From Macrostomum lignano (Eukaryota), in contig NIVC01001830.1 of the NCBI GenBank assembly GCA_002269645.1, positions 62,001 through 126,000 of the forward strand: 64,000 nt of DNA, written 5' to 3'. The position numbers were made by a program, and so were the translations under genes. Position 1 is the stretch's first letter. The number at the start of each line of letters is the position of its first letter. A model generated the notes under the pieces. The model saw only the letters and a list, made by a program, of their open reading frames with translations. It did not search any database and was not told the origin of the DNA. Below are positions 48,801 to 63,397 of this stretch, piece by piece.

Positions 48801-51800
48801 TATCTTTGGAATCTCTTATCTTGGGAATCCCCTATCTTGAGAATTCCCTTATCTTTGGAATCCCCTATCTTTGGAATCCACTATCTTTGGAATCCCCTAT
48901 CTTTGGAATCCATTATCTTGGGAATCCCCTATCTTGGGAATCCCCTACCTTGGGAATTCCCTATCTTGAGAATTCCCTAACTTGGGAGTCCCCTATCTTT
49001 GGAATCCATTATCTTGGGAATCCCCTATCTTGGGAATCCCCTACCTTGAGAATTCCCTATCTTGAGAATTCCCTAACTTGGGAGTCCCCTATCTTTGGAG
49101 TCCCTTATCTTGGGAATCCCCTATCTTGGGAATCCCCTACCTTGAGAATCCCCTATCTTGAAAATTCCCTATTTTGGGAATCCTCTATTTTGGGAATCCC
49201 TTATCTTGGGAATCCTCTATCTTGGGAATCCCCTATTTTGGGAATCCCTATCTTGGGAATCCCCAATCTTGAGAAGCTCTCCCTATCTTGGGAATCCCCT
49301 AACTTAGAAATCCCCAATCTTAGGAACCTCCTCATATCTAGAGTATCTCATCCCCATCTTAAATTGAGAATCTTACGTATGTATCCATCATGTCTTTGAA
49401 CCACTCACCTGAAAGCACCTTGGACCGGGCCTGTTGGGCGGTATCTCGTGATGCACGCACACCATGAGCTCTGGCAGCACAGCTATGATGGTCTTGACGC
49501 ACAGAGCTTCAATCGCCCGCCAGAGGCCGGCGACATCCCGAGCCTGAGCCTCCAGCTGGTAGAACACGCTGCTCAGCGTCCGCTTGCTGCCCTGGCCGTC
49601 AACGTCCGAGTGCACGTAGGTGTCGGACTTTTTATTCAGCGAGTAATTGGTCAGGTGCATGAAGGCCTCGGCCATATTGCGCTGGCTCGGCCGCTCGTAG
49701 CGCTGAGTGCAGAACCTGGCCAGGCCCTCCTTGCAGATGTACAGCTGCAGCGGCTCGATGCTCTTCAGCAGGACGTAGACTCGAAGATCGAACTTGTACC
49801 CGTCCAGCAGCAGAGGATTGGGCAGGTACGTTTGCACCACGTGACTCTTGTTTGACAGGGTGTACTCGCTGGGATCGCGGATTAGATAGATCCCGTCGCC
49901 CTGGGTGCCCGAGTCCGGCTTCACGATGTACGTCTTGGAGCGGTCTGGCAAGGCGCATGGACGGGCTAGTTAATACTTGCATTCTGGCTGGCTGCCAACA
50001 AACAACTTTGGGAAGGATAAATGTGCAATTAAAAATGGCTACACATGAATGAGAAAGACAGGATGAGAGAGATTAAAGAGACAATGGAAAAGAGGAGAAA
50101 GGTATATAGGGAGAGGAAGCGGAGACGGAAAGAGAGGGAAAGAGGGAGAGTAAGAGAGTGGGAGAGTGAGAGTAAGTGGGAGAGAGGGAGAGAGTGAGAG
50201 TGGAAGAGAGGGAGAGAGGGAGAGTGGGAGAGTGGGAGAGAGGGAGAGTGGGAGAGTGGGAGAGTGGGAGAGTGGGAGAGTGGGGAGAGGGAGAGAGGGA
50301 GAGAGGGAGAGAGGGAGTGGGAGAGAGGGAGAGAGGGAGAGTGGGAGAGAGGGAGAGAGGGAGAGAGGGAGAGAGGGAGAGTGGGGGAGTGGGAGAGAGG
50401 GAGAGTGGGAGAGAGGGAGAGTGGGAGAGTGGGAGAGAGGGAGAGTGGGAGAGAGGGAGAGTGGGAGAGAGGGAGAGAGGGAGAGTGGGAGAGTGGGAGA
50501 GTGGGAGAGTGGGAGAGAGGGAGAGAGGGAGAGTGGGAGAGTGGGAGAGTGGGAGAGAGGGAGAGAGGGAGAGAGGGAGAGAGGGAGAGTGGGAGAGAGG
50601 GAGAGAGGGAGAGTGGGAGAGAGGGAGAGAGGGAGAGAGGGAGAGAGGGAGAGTGGGGGAGTGGGAGAGAGGGAGAGTGGGAGAGAGGGAGAGAGGGAGA
50701 GAGGGAGAGTGGGAGAGTGGGAGAGAGGGAGAGTGGGAGAGAGGGAGAGTGGGAGAGAGGGAGAGAGGGAGAGTGGGAGAGTGGGAGAGTGGGAGAGAGG
50801 GAGAGAGGAGAGTGGGAGAGTGGGAGAGTGGGAGAGAGGGAGAGAGGGAGAGAGGGAGAGAGGGAGAGACGGGGAAGGAGAGGGAGAGAGCGGTAACGGG
50901 AAGGGGAGGGTAGAGAAGAGAGAAGTCAAGCAATGCAGAAATATTGGCATAGAATTCAGCAACCCCAGCAACCGATAATTCTGCCGCTTGTGTGCACAAT
51001 TTTACTCGCCAGCCGAGAGTGACAAATGCCTCATCCAATATTAGCCATGATTTCATACTCTCAGGAGAGGCCTCATATACTGGTCCACTCAAGTGGCTAA
51101 GTCCGAGACAGCCCTTTCCGAGACAGCCCAAGACTAGGGGGGTTTGAGTGGGTTTTGGCGAGACACTGAAGTTGGTCATAAAATGTAGACACTGTATTGC
51201 AGTCTGAGCGAGGCGCCTTCTCTCTCACAATGGTGGATGTGTGCGAGCTGTTGGCAACAGGAGAAATTTGTCTGCGTCTCAATGCTTAGTGCGGCACCGT
51301 TATGATGCGTAAATAACGATGCGTAGATGAGTCTGTGAACACACTGAAATATGGTACATCATCGGTACTCTTGTCTGCTTTTGGTTCGAGGGGCGCCTGA
51401 AGGAGGCTAATTGAGGACCAGGGACTCCCAGCTAAAACTGGCCTGGACTGGAATATATGCTGGGGTTGCTTATTTTTCATTTACACCGAATAAATATACA
51501 AATTGAAGCACTTCAGGCAAATTATGTAACTTGAAACCAGCTATATACATTGCCTATCGGTTAAGGGAGAGAGGAGAGAGATGAGAGAAGATAGGAGATA
51601 GGAGAGGAAAGAGGGGGAGAGGAGTGAAGGGATGGGGAGAGGAGTGAAGGGATGGGGAGAGGAGAGAGGAGAGAGGAGAGAGGAGAGAGGAGAGAAGAGA
51701 GAGGAGAGAGGAGAGAGGAGAGAGGAGAGAGGAGAGAGGAGAGAGGAGAGAGGAGAGAGGAGAGAGGAGAGAGAGAGAGAGAGAGAAAGGAGAGAGGAGA

Positions 51801-54726
51801 GAAGAGAGAGGAAAAAGGAGAGAGGAGAGAGGAGAGAGGAGAGAGGAGAGAGGAGAGAGGAGAGAAGAGAAAGGAGAGAGGAGAGAGGAGAGAAGAGAGA
51901 AGAGAAAGGAGAGAGGAGAGAGGAGAGAGGAGAGAGGAGAGAGGAGGGAGGAGAGAGGAGAAAGGGGAGAGGAGAGAGGAGAGAGGAGAGAAGAGAAAGG
52001 AGAGAGGAGAGAGGAGAGAAGAGAGAGGAGAAAGGAGAGAGGAGAGAGGAGAGAGGAGAGAGGAGAGAGGAGAGAGGAGAGAAGAGAGAAGAGAAAGGAG
52101 AGAGGAGAGAGGAGAGAGGAGAGAGGAGAGAGGAGGGTTGTGGAGGAGTGAGGTGAGAGGAGAGAGGAGGGAGGAGAGAGGAGAAAGGGGAGAGGAGAGA
52201 GGAGAGAGGAGAGAAGAGAAAGGAGAGAGGAGAGAGGAGAGAAGAGAGAGGAGAAAGGAGAGAGGAGAGAGGAGAGAGGAGAGAGGAGAGAAGAGAGAGG
52301 ACAGGGGTGGAGGAGTGAGGTGAGAGGAGAGAGGAGGGAGGAGAGAGGAGAGAAGAGAAAGGAGAGAGGAGAGAGAGAGGAGAGAGGAGAGAGGAGAGAG
52401 GAGAGAGGAGAGAAGAGAGAGGACAGGGGTGGAGGAGTGAGGTGAGAGGAGAGAGGAGGGAGGAGAGAGGAGAGAAGAGAAAGGAGAGAGGAGAGAGAGA
52501 GGAGGGAGGAGAGAGGAGAGAGGAGAGAGGAGAGAGGAGAGAAGAGAAAGGAGAGAGGAGAGAGAGGAGGGAGGAGAGAGGAGAGAGGAGAGAGGAGAGA
52601 GGAGAGAGGAGAAAGGAGAGAGGAGAGAGGAGAGAGGAGAGAGGAGAGAAGAGAGAGGAGAAAGGAGAGAGGAGAGAGGAGAGAGGAGAGAGGAGAGAAG
52701 AGAGAAGAGAGAGGAGAAAGGAGAGAGAAGAGAGGAGAGAGGAGAGAGGAGAGAAAAGAGAAGAGAGAGAGTTAGGCAAACGCTAACAGAGGTACAGCAT
52801 AAGAGAAAGCAGTAAGTTCGCATCCCGACAGTGCAAACACGCCCGCGAATGGTCACCTGACAGGCAAGCAGTGTCTCTTCATTAGCATTCATGCAACCTC
52901 GGGCAGACAGTGGGTGCGGCGCACTTTCAAGGCTTTGAACTTTGCTGTCCAAGATCGAGGCCCCTCACCCTACAATGCTGCGATTTCATCGCCTCCATAA
53001 TTTATGAGGCTGGTCAGCTCTGACCGCACCGGGCCGCTGTCGCCATAGCAACAGACGAGTTCAAACTATTGCCGCCAACATTAATTAAGAAAGACCGTGT
53101 GCTGAGCTAAAATTATCGTCAACTCTGTTTGACTACAAAGAGATGGCAATGATGAGAGGGTAAGTGGGCGTGAGCGCCAGTCTCCCCACTCCATGGAGTA
53201 GCCATGGTAACACTTGGGATGGGATTTTAAATCTGTCACGACGCGGCTGACGCTGGGGCAGAAGTGGCTGAACAATGTATTTCATTTTATTCCATAAAGT
53301 TGGGACTGGGAGCAGGGGTGAATCGTGGCATTGTTTTGCAGATTCCAACTTCAGCTGTTTGTATTCACTAAGCTTGATGAGCGTGTGCGCCTTAATAATG
53401 AACTGCTGCTGTTTATGTCCCCAATCACGGCTGCTGAGTGACAAGCGCTCTCAGAGTGACAAGCGCCCTCCCCAGAGTGACAAGCAACCACATAGTGACA
53501 AGAACCCTCACCAGAGTGACAAGAACCCTCACCAGAGTGACAAGAACCCTCACCAGAGTGACAAGAACCCTCACCAGAGTGACAAGAACCCTCACCAGAG
53601 TGACAAAAACCCTCACCAGAGTGACAAGATCCCTCACCAGAGTGACAAGCGCCCTCACCAGAGTGACAAGAACCCTCAGCAGAGTGACAAGCGCCCTCAT
53701 CAGAGTGACAAGAACCCTCACCAGAGTGACAAAAACCCTCATCAGAGTGACAAGAACCCTCAGCAGAGTGACAAGCGCCCTCATCAGAGTGACAAGAACC
53801 CTCACCAGAGTGACAAAAACCCTCATCAGAGTGACAAGAACCCTCACCAGAGTGACAAGAACCCTCACCAGAGTGACAAGAACCCTCACCAGAGTGACAA
53901 GCACCCTCACCAGGGTGACAAGCAATCACAGAGTGACAAGCGCTCTCAGCAGAGTGACAAGCACCCTCACCAGGGTGACAAGCAATCACAGAGTGACAAG
54001 CGTCCTCACCAGAGTGACAAGCACCCTAGACTAGCAGCCCAGCCCTACAAAAAGCATGAATCTAGAGCATCCCAAAGTCAAGAGTTGCAGCCAAAACTCA
54101 CTCCTGGCCTCAGCGGCGTGTGTCTGAAACTCGGCCATCTGGAACGGCAGGTACCAGGTGTCCGGATAAAAGTCGTACATGCTGGGATAGAGCCTCCGCA
54201 TGGTCTCCAGCGTCCGACTCAGATTAATCTTGTGCAGCAGTTCGGCCATGCCCGGGAACCGGTTCACCAGGCCACCCGGATGTCCGAGATTCTCGGCAAA
54301 GCTCAGGCCGTTCCAACACAGCTCGCAGGGCACGCCGGGCCCGGGGCCGTTGGGCAGCTCGCGCCAGCGCAGCTTCTGCAGCGCCAGACGAACAACGTCA
54401 ATGTTGCTGTGCGACTTGGAGGTGTCCACCCGGATTCTGGCCGACTTCGGCTGTCGTTGCAACGGCACGCTGACGTTTTTCTTGGTGAGACGCGAGTAGC
54501 GCTTAAGCTCGGCGAGGTGCTCAGCAATCACCTGGCGCCGGAAATCGGTTCGCCGGAATTTGCCAACCTGCTGCTGGACGTCGGCCTGCCGCCGTAGCAC
54601 CTGCTCCCGCATCCGGGACAGCTCGGCAGCCGAGGAGGCTGGCGGCGCGGCTGCTGGCGGCGCGGCTGCTGGAGGCTGCGACTGCGACGCCTGTTGCGTC
54701 GGCGCCTCGGCGGCCGTGGCCGGCAT
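45834..54726 (-). CDS. TTLL11: Tubulin polyglutamylase TTLL11, 5 exons
   Basis: Exons 54102-54726 (NRFPGMAELLHKINL), 49409-49944 (YIVKPDSGTQGDGIYL...KFDLRVYVL...MHLTNYSLN...RPGPRCFQ), 48303-48526 (ILGFDI...LLEVN), 46757-approx. 47612 (LGSTAFRNF...VDIMYIDMQRRW), 45834-46276 (GLCFQGFVEAFF). RPGPxCFQ and the C-terminal block are TTLL11-specific as recalled. Confidence 0.93.
46318..46740. repeat. 21-bp minisatellite (CCAATCAGTGGGGATCTGCAA)n in the last TTLL11 intron
   Basis: About 20 identical copies. Confidence 0.96.
47625..48230. repeat. 39-bp minisatellite (GAATGGATTGCTAATCTAGCCTACATCAATGAAGGAATA)n
   Basis: About 15 copies in TTLL11 intron 3. Confidence 0.95.
48635..49330. repeat. 16-bp minisatellite (GGAATCCCCTATCTTT)n
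   Basis: Fills TTLL11 intron 2. Confidence 0.94.
50150..50880. repeat. Polypurine (GGGAGAGA/GGGAGAGT)n tract
   Basis: 8-bp G/A-rich units in TTLL11 intron 1. Confidence 0.95.
51565..52770. repeat. Polypurine (AGAGGAG)n tract
   Basis: About 1.2 kb of almost pure A/G. Confidence 0.95.
53039..53052. promoter_or_regulatory. RFX X-box GTCGCCATAGCAAC
   Basis: Fits GTHNYYATRRNAAC; lies in intron 1 of a ciliary tubulin glutamylase gene. Confidence 0.5.
53198..53211. promoter_or_regulatory. RFX X-box GTAGCCATGGTAAC
   Basis: Fits GTHNYYATRRNAAC; 159 bp from the first X-box. Confidence 0.5.
53455..54025. repeat. 21-bp minisatellite (CAGAGTGACAAGAACCCTCAC)n
   Basis: About 27 copies near the TTLL11 exon 1 donor. 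Confidence 0.95.
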
Positions 54727-56814
54727 AACTCCAGGGAACTTCTGCCTTCAGTGTGTGTCTGCTTGCTGATCTGAGTTAAAATTTATTAGAAATAAACGTT
54801 AGAAAGTTAATAATAAATATAGATATAAAAGATATTGCTTTTTTCGCATTTTTTATTTTTTAAGATAAAAATTTCGTAAGAATTTTTCACGACGATCCGG
54901 AATTTTCTACATTTTCTCGTATTTCATTTTTACATTCTTTTTGAATAATAAAAGAATAATTAAAATGATTTTGATGTTTTATCATAAATTTACGACTTGA
55001 AGGCCCAGTACTTTTTCAAAGAAAAATGTTTGTCATGCACTTAATCAAATAAAAAATTTCTATACTCTCAATACTCATAGATGCTGATGCTAGTACAATT
55101 CACTGATACATTTGATATTTTTGAACATGTTCACTATATAATAATATTATGTCTGTAATTTTCGAAAATATATTAGATGGTTATTGATTCTACATGGTCA
55201 TTGATTCTTTTTTCCTGGATGGTGCTTTAATTTTATTGTATTTTTGTATCGCCTAAATTAACCATGATCGGGTAATTTCGCTTTAACCGAAAATTTCAAA
55301 CACTAAAATCGTTTAATCTATAATATTATTTTTTACTTTGCACTGTAAAAATGCTCTAAACTTTCAAGTAGTATCAGTAAAATAATATTTGTACGCAGTA
55401 ACGCACACAATCATTATGAAACGATGCATTAATGTACTCGTAGGTAGGACCCATTGATGAGACTTATGAAAAAAGCTTTGTCTGCTTACCAGTGTAGAAT
55501 GCTCTACCTAGAGCTTTTAAAAATAGTTAATTTTTTGAACTCTATCTAGTTGTTAATTTTACTATTTCTATGCCATAGCCAGCATAGTAGCAATTAACTG
55601 TATATTAACTATTCACGAATTCAGAAAAGAATCGGTACTTTATAAGTTAAATCAGCAAAGTTACACTGTCTACCGAATATAACAAACGTAAGTACAGTAA
55701 TTCCTATGCAAAAGGCTTTAGTAAATGTGTTATTTACACTGCTACAATTCTAATATTTTATTTAGCAAAAAACTTTGGTATGATTAAAAGTTGTTTTTAT
55801 TTCATTAATAACACGATTTCACTTTGCTTGCAATTACGATCTGTAAGAACAGCTAATTTAAAAACCGAAAGTTGTAAAATTTTTAAAACTGGAATAGAAA
55901 CGTAAATAGCATGCAAAAGAGCTTTATAAGTCATACAATCTTTTATATGCATTATGTTTATCATTTACATTTACATTTACTTTTACATTTTACATTACAT
56001 TTATTATTTACATTACATTTTTAATACGTGTGTATTGTCTAGGACGACTATTAAGTATAGTCCGTTTTGTATATACTTAAGTCAATTATTGAATTTCATG
56101 CTTATACATGTACCTGGTATGTAACTATATAAAGAACCATGCAAGACAGATCCCCAAGCCAAAGCCATCTACAAAATCACCAGGTAGTCATCCCAACAGA
56201 GCTTATTCTGCCCCATCACTGGGAAGAGACTTTCCATTTATTGGCTTACTATACTTGCTCTGAACCCGCCGATGGGGACTGTGCAGGAGAGTCGCAAATG
56301 AGGAAGCCGCGGCTACTAGGGGGAAGTTAATTTCCTGCTCATTGGAGACTAGTCGACCGACTCGCGGGGTCCGGCCTTTATAGCTATAGATCTAGCTGCA
56401 AAGAGCTAGTCTCTGAGCACGCACTATACAAGTAGGTACTATATATTCGGATCTTGAAGTATTAGTTAGTCATGTGAGAGGCACTCAACTGCAATATCTC
56501 CCATAGAAAGAGCTGCATCAAAGAAGCCAAGAGGAAGATGCCCAGCTAACTAGCTCGTAGCTGGACAGCAGATTTTACGCGAACAAAATTGCAAAACAGC
56601 GCTATTTCGCCTCGAGAGGAAATCCAATGCTGCACTATATAAAATAGCTCGTAGACACAGCTCGATGCATAGGATTGCAAGCTGGATTTCTGCCTTCCTT
56701 GTTGTCCCCTCCGGGTTCAACTGCGGCTACATCATCCCCATCCCTCCCGGATCCCAATATTGCAAATCCTGCCTGCAGAGACTTGCCTTTTAGACGGAGG
56801 GGATGGAGAAAGTG

Positions 56815-57435
56815 CCTCATCTGCTCCCCCTGTCTCCCCCCATCTGTTCCCACTGTCTCCCCCATCTGTTCCACCTGTCTCCCCCCATCTGCTCTTTCTG
56901 TCTCCCCCATCTGTTCCCCCTGTCTCCCCCCATCTGTTCCCCCTGTCTCCCCCCATCTGTTCCCCCTGTCTCCCCCTATCTGTTCCCCCTGTCTCCCCCA
57001 TCTCTCCCCCATCTGTTCCCCCTGTCTCCCCCTATCTGTTCCCCCTGTTTCCCCCATCTGTTCCCCCCGTCTCCCCCATCTCTCCCCCATCTGTTCCCCC
57101 TGTCTCCCCCTATCTGTTCCCCCTGTTTCCCCCATCTGTTCCCCCTGTCTCCCCCATCTCTCCCCATCTGTTCCCCCTGTCTCCCCCTATCTGTTCCCCC
57201 TGTTTCCCCCATCTGTTCCCCCTGTCTCCCCCATCTGTTCCCCCTGTCTCCCCCTATCTGTTCCCCCTGTCTCCCCCATCTCTCCCCCATCTGTTCCCCC
57301 TGTCTCCCCCTATCTGTTCCCCCTGTCTCCCCCATCTCTCCCCCATCTGTCCCCCTCTCTCCCCCATCTGTTCCCCTGTCTCCCCCATCTCTCCCCCATC
57401 TGTCCCCCTCTCTCCCCCATCTGTTCCCCCTGTCT
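56815..57435. repeat. C/T-rich approx. 22-bp minisatellite (CCCCATCTGTTCCCCCTGTCTC)n
   Basis: Tandem variant copies. Confidence 0.92.
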
Positions 57436-58157
57436 TTCCCAAATCTTACCTTCTGTTTCCCATCTTCTCCAAAACGCCTCCACTAAATTTTCTCTCTTTG
57501 ACGGCTTCTCAGATTACAAAAAAATCAGCATTTTTGGAAAGAAACGCCATACATTGATACATCCCCTGAGCATCCTTGCTAATCAGCAACCGATTCAGAG
57601 CGAGCGGATTAGTTTTCGAATCAATCAGAGCCCACACCAGAACAAACAAAGGTTGCTGCACCAGAATCAGGTTTGCCTTCCCCCATCAGAGTCAGGATGG
57701 ATCTGCCTGTTCTGTCCCAGTCAGTAAGCCGCTATTTTGCTAATCAAGAGAATGTTTAATCAAGCTGGGCTCAGGGTAGTGACAGAGAGAGTGACTCGAT
57801 CAGCTGATACGCAAAATCTTCCCGGCTGCCACAGCTGGGCGCAGCCGAACGCAGACTCATCTTTTTTTCAAATCTCTCATCTCACTCTGCCAGCTGAGCT
57901 GATGAAGGCGGAGCGGCAATCCTCTCGCTCAGCCTCTGATTCTTTGCCTCATCTGTGACTGAGAAGGGGAGTTGGCCTACTAATCAGGGGCTCTCAGGCC
58001 TCCCTTATCTTCTACTCCTTCTTAACTCCCTCTCCAATCTTCTCAATTTTATTTTCATTGCAGGCAACTCTTTCGGCTCAGTCATCTCCGACAAAGTCCC
58101 AAGTAGGGAGTTAAAAATAGCTGCACTCACGGCTGAGCTGAGGGCTGCGGAGTAGAG

Positions 58158-59582
<1,425 letters not shown>

Positions 59583-60280
59583 CGCCTAGCCACAACAAGT
59601 GGCGGCGGCAATTTATCCCCAGCTGGGCAGAAGTTTCCTCAGCCTCAGCCATAAGCTTATCCGTTATTGCTCACTCAGGCGAGTTGCTGGGCAGTGCAGA
59701 GCCAAAGTGAGGCAGAGATTGCTAAAGCAGCCAAGAATAAAAAAGCCGACTAAGAATCGGCAATCGAGATGGAGGCCGGAAATCGGCGAGCTCCCCCTTC
59801 CCCCCCATAGCCCACGGACTGCCGGAGCCAGCAGACTCTTGGCCTCTTTGGTTAACTAAAAGAACATTTCTGGCCTGGTCTGGGCGCCCCGGGGAAAGAG
59901 CGGGGGCTGATGAAGGTGAGAGGAGTCCCGGGGAGCCTGCAGTGGCGGCAAGTTCAGTCGCCAATCGATTACTGGAAAGGCTGTGGGGTGAAAAAGCACA
60001 CACGGATCCAGAATGAAGAGGGAAGATGAAGAGCTGTGAGGCTGACGAAGCGAATTTCTGGCTTTAGTGGAATATAAAAAAGGTGGGATTTAAATTGGGA
60101 AGCAAGTGACTCATCGGGGAAGAAAGTTGGCACACCTTAAACTGCGAGTCAATTATTCAGGAGCACGCGAACCGGACCACCCGTCCTTTGCTCACCACCC
60201 ATTCATCGTTTATTAAAACCGGCCACAAAATCAGGGAAAGTTATTTTGGGTGGGAAAGGGAGCAGTGCACTTGACGGTCT

Positions 60281-62113
60281 CTGCCTAGTCATAGACTAAT
60301 GTCTAGGATCGTAAATCCTGAGAAACCTTATAGACTAGACTGAGCTACCCTCAGACTGAACTGCCCTCAGACTGAGCTACCCTCAGACTGAACTGCCCTC
60401 AGACTGAGCTACCCTCAGACTGAACTGCCCTCAGACTGAGCTACCCTCAGACTGAACTGCCCTCAGACTGAGCTACCCTCAGACTGAACTGCCCTCAGAC
60501 TGAACTGCCCTCAGACTGAACTGCCCTCAGACTGAACTGCCCTCAGACTGAACTGCCCTCAGACTGAACTGCCCTCAGACTGAACTGCCCTCAGACTGAA
60601 CTGCCCTCAGACTGAACTGCCCTCAGACTGAACTGCCCTCAGACTGAACTGCCCTCAGACTGAACTGCCCTCAGACTGAGCTACCCTCAGACTGAACTGC
60701 CCTCAGACTGAGCTACCCTCAGACTGAACTGCCCTCAGACTGAACTGCCCTCAGACTGAACTGCCCTCAGACTGAACTGCCCTCAGACTGAACTGCCCTC
60801 AGACTGAACTGCCCTCAGACTGAACTGCCCTCAGACTGAACTGCCCTCAGACTGAACTGCCCTCAGACTGAACTGCCCTCAGACTGAACTGCCCTCAGAC
60901 TGAACTGCCCTCAGACTGAACTGCCCTCAGACTGAACTGCCCTCAGACTGAACTGCCCTCAGACTGAACTGCCCTCAGACTGAACTGCCCTCGAAAATTC
61001 AATAAAGATGGTTACAAAGTAGTCTCTCAATCCAGACTGTAGTTCTGCGAACTCCTTGACACAGCCTCCTTGCCAAGCACATAGGAAATTCTTGTTTGCA
61101 AGCAGGCAGGTCGCATGCGAGTCCCCATCCTCTTGGGGATTAGCAACAGGCTTGAGCTTTGGCCGGTGACTAATGGGTGTTTTTTCAGAGCGGGGGCTCG
61201 GGTCTGCCTGAGCTCCTCTTCACCTCCTCAGTGCGTGTTGCTCTCCCCTGTTTGGGGATTGCAGCGCTGCGTGTGTTACGTAATCGGGTTACCTCAGGTG
61301 ACAAGCTGTGTCACGGGGATATTTTGGCTGCATGTAATGCCTATCATGAATATAACACCTGTATGATGACTGAAGGACCGCCTCGTTGAGTACTAAAAAT
61401 ATGGTTTGAAATTTTTCAGCCTCAATTCATGATTGAAGTCACTTTCAAAGTCCAAACCATGACTGACCAAGTCTCGTGGTAGACTCTGATGGGATCTGGC
61501 AGATCAGTCTGAGGGCAGTTCAGTCTGTAGGTAGTTCAGTCTGAGGGCAGTTCAGTCTGAGGGCAGTTCAGTCTGAGGGCAGTTCAGTCTGAGGGCAGTT
61601 CAGTCTGAGGGCAGTTCAGTCTGAGGGCAGTTCAGTCTGAGGGCAGTTCAGTCTGAGGGCAGTCCAGTCTGAGGGCAGTTCAGTCTGAAGGCAGTTCAGT
61701 CTGAAGGCAGTTCAGTCTGAAGGCAGTTCAGTCTGAGGGCAGTTCAGTCTGAAGGCAGTTCAGTCTGAAGGCAGTTCAGCCTGAGGGCAGTTCAGTCTGA
61801 GCGCAGCTCAGTCTGAGGGCAGTTCAGTCTGAGGGCAGTTCAGTCTGAAGGCAGTTCAGCCTGAGGGCAGTTCAGTCTGAGGGCAGTTCAGTCTGAGGGC
61901 AGTTCAGTCTGAGGGCAGTTCAGTCTGAGGGCAGTTCAGTCTGAGGGCAGTTCAGTCTGAGGGCAGTTCAGTCTGAGGGCAGTTCAGTCTGAGGGCAGCT
62001 CAGTCTGAGGGCAGTTCAGTCTGAGGGCAGTTCAGTCTGAGGGCAGTTCAGTCTGAGGGCAGTTCAGTCTAGTCTATAAGGTTTCACAGGATTTAGGATC
62101 CTAGACATGGCAG
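60281..62113. mobile_element. Foldback element: unique terminal inverted repeats plus inverted 16-bp minisatellite arms around a approx. 510-bp loop
   Basis: ATGTCTAGGATC-TAAATCCTG-GAAACCTTATAGACTAGACTGA at 60299 is inverted at 62108; (AGACTGAACTGCCCTC)n at 60337-60992 and its reverse complement at 61504-62070. Confidence 0.85.
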
Positions 62114-63397
62114 TGTATCTGACAGTACGAGTAATTCACGGTTTCTGTTATCACTCTATTTGTAGAATTCACTGCTCACGCCCAGCAGATCTCCAGGAGA
62201 CCAGTATTCTCCTCGCATACCGATGGCTGGCAGCACTGAGTCACCGCCCCCGAACTACCAGGAGGCTGAGGGAGGGGGAGCTTGGAGAACAATGGCGGCA
62301 AAGACACGGCAGAATGAGCAGGCAGTAAAGGGATTATATGGGAGATACAACACTGAGAGGAGGTGGTCTGAATGCGAGATGAGCTCACCCTGCTTCTCTC
62401 TTGCTTTTCTTTGCGTCGCTTTAGCCAGCCTGGGAAAATGAGGAGCAGCACCATGGAGCTGCCGCAGCTGCATCCAGCAGCAGCCCAGCCTCTCCTCTTC
62501 ATCCTCCGTCTACGGGCCGAGCTTACCCAACCCCCCCCCCTAAGCGATTTCCCAGCGGGCGGTCTCTATCTTCTCCCAGTTTCCTTTCCCCTCCCCATTC
62601 GCATGCACTACTCCAGGCTGTGGAAGACGGTGGATGGGAGGGGGGAGGGATAATTCTCCCCTCAACACCCAGCGCTCGCAAGCTGAGCCACTGGCCACTG
62701 AACCATCTCTCTAGTTTGCCAGTAGGGACGATTCGTCTTTCGACTATTAGCAGGTCTCCTTCCCAGCAGCCGCCCCCCCCTCTTGAGTTGAAAAACACAA
62801 CTTGTTGATCTTGGCGCCGCCAGAGGAAGTGTTTAAGAGCTGCAAAAGTACAAAGAATAGAAAAACAGGGTGAAAATTCGGTTGGATTGATCAAATCAAG
62901 TCGTCAAGGAGTCCAGTAAAGCTTTCTCACTCTTTCCTCGCTTCCTTGGACACTCTTCTGTCTGGCTCTTTCTCAGAACGGTTCATTTAGAAGACTAGGA
63001 GACGGTTATTCTGGTTGTTAATACTTTTTTAGGCTATAAATATATGCAACTACATGTGTATATATTTAGCTAGCGTTGTCAAAGCAGTATGCTGCTGTTG
63101 CATGGAACAGCGCTAGATAGTGGACATAAGCATAGAGAAAGAAGCATATTATAAAGTCAAGACTGACAGAAACGGATTGAGATTGTAAAGTTGTCACTGC
63201 GGCGGCTCGAGAGGCATCATAATTGTCATCTTTTTGTCGAAAGCAAGATTTATTCAAGATCGTAGCGAGAGCAGACAATTGTCAAACAGGTTTTCTGCTC
63301 CGCCAGGTCGAATCGTTGGAGCGATATCGAGTTTTTGGTGCCAAGTTCCATTGAGTTCTCATTGACAACCGGCAATTTTATTGGACAGACTCTGGTC

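Noticed and set aside
49448-49982. Antisense or alternative-frame ORFs over real exons (also 30150-30485, 8279-8515, 54200-54769, 63570-63870)
   Set aside because: Typical shadows of GC-rich coding exons; the recognised frame explains the sequence.
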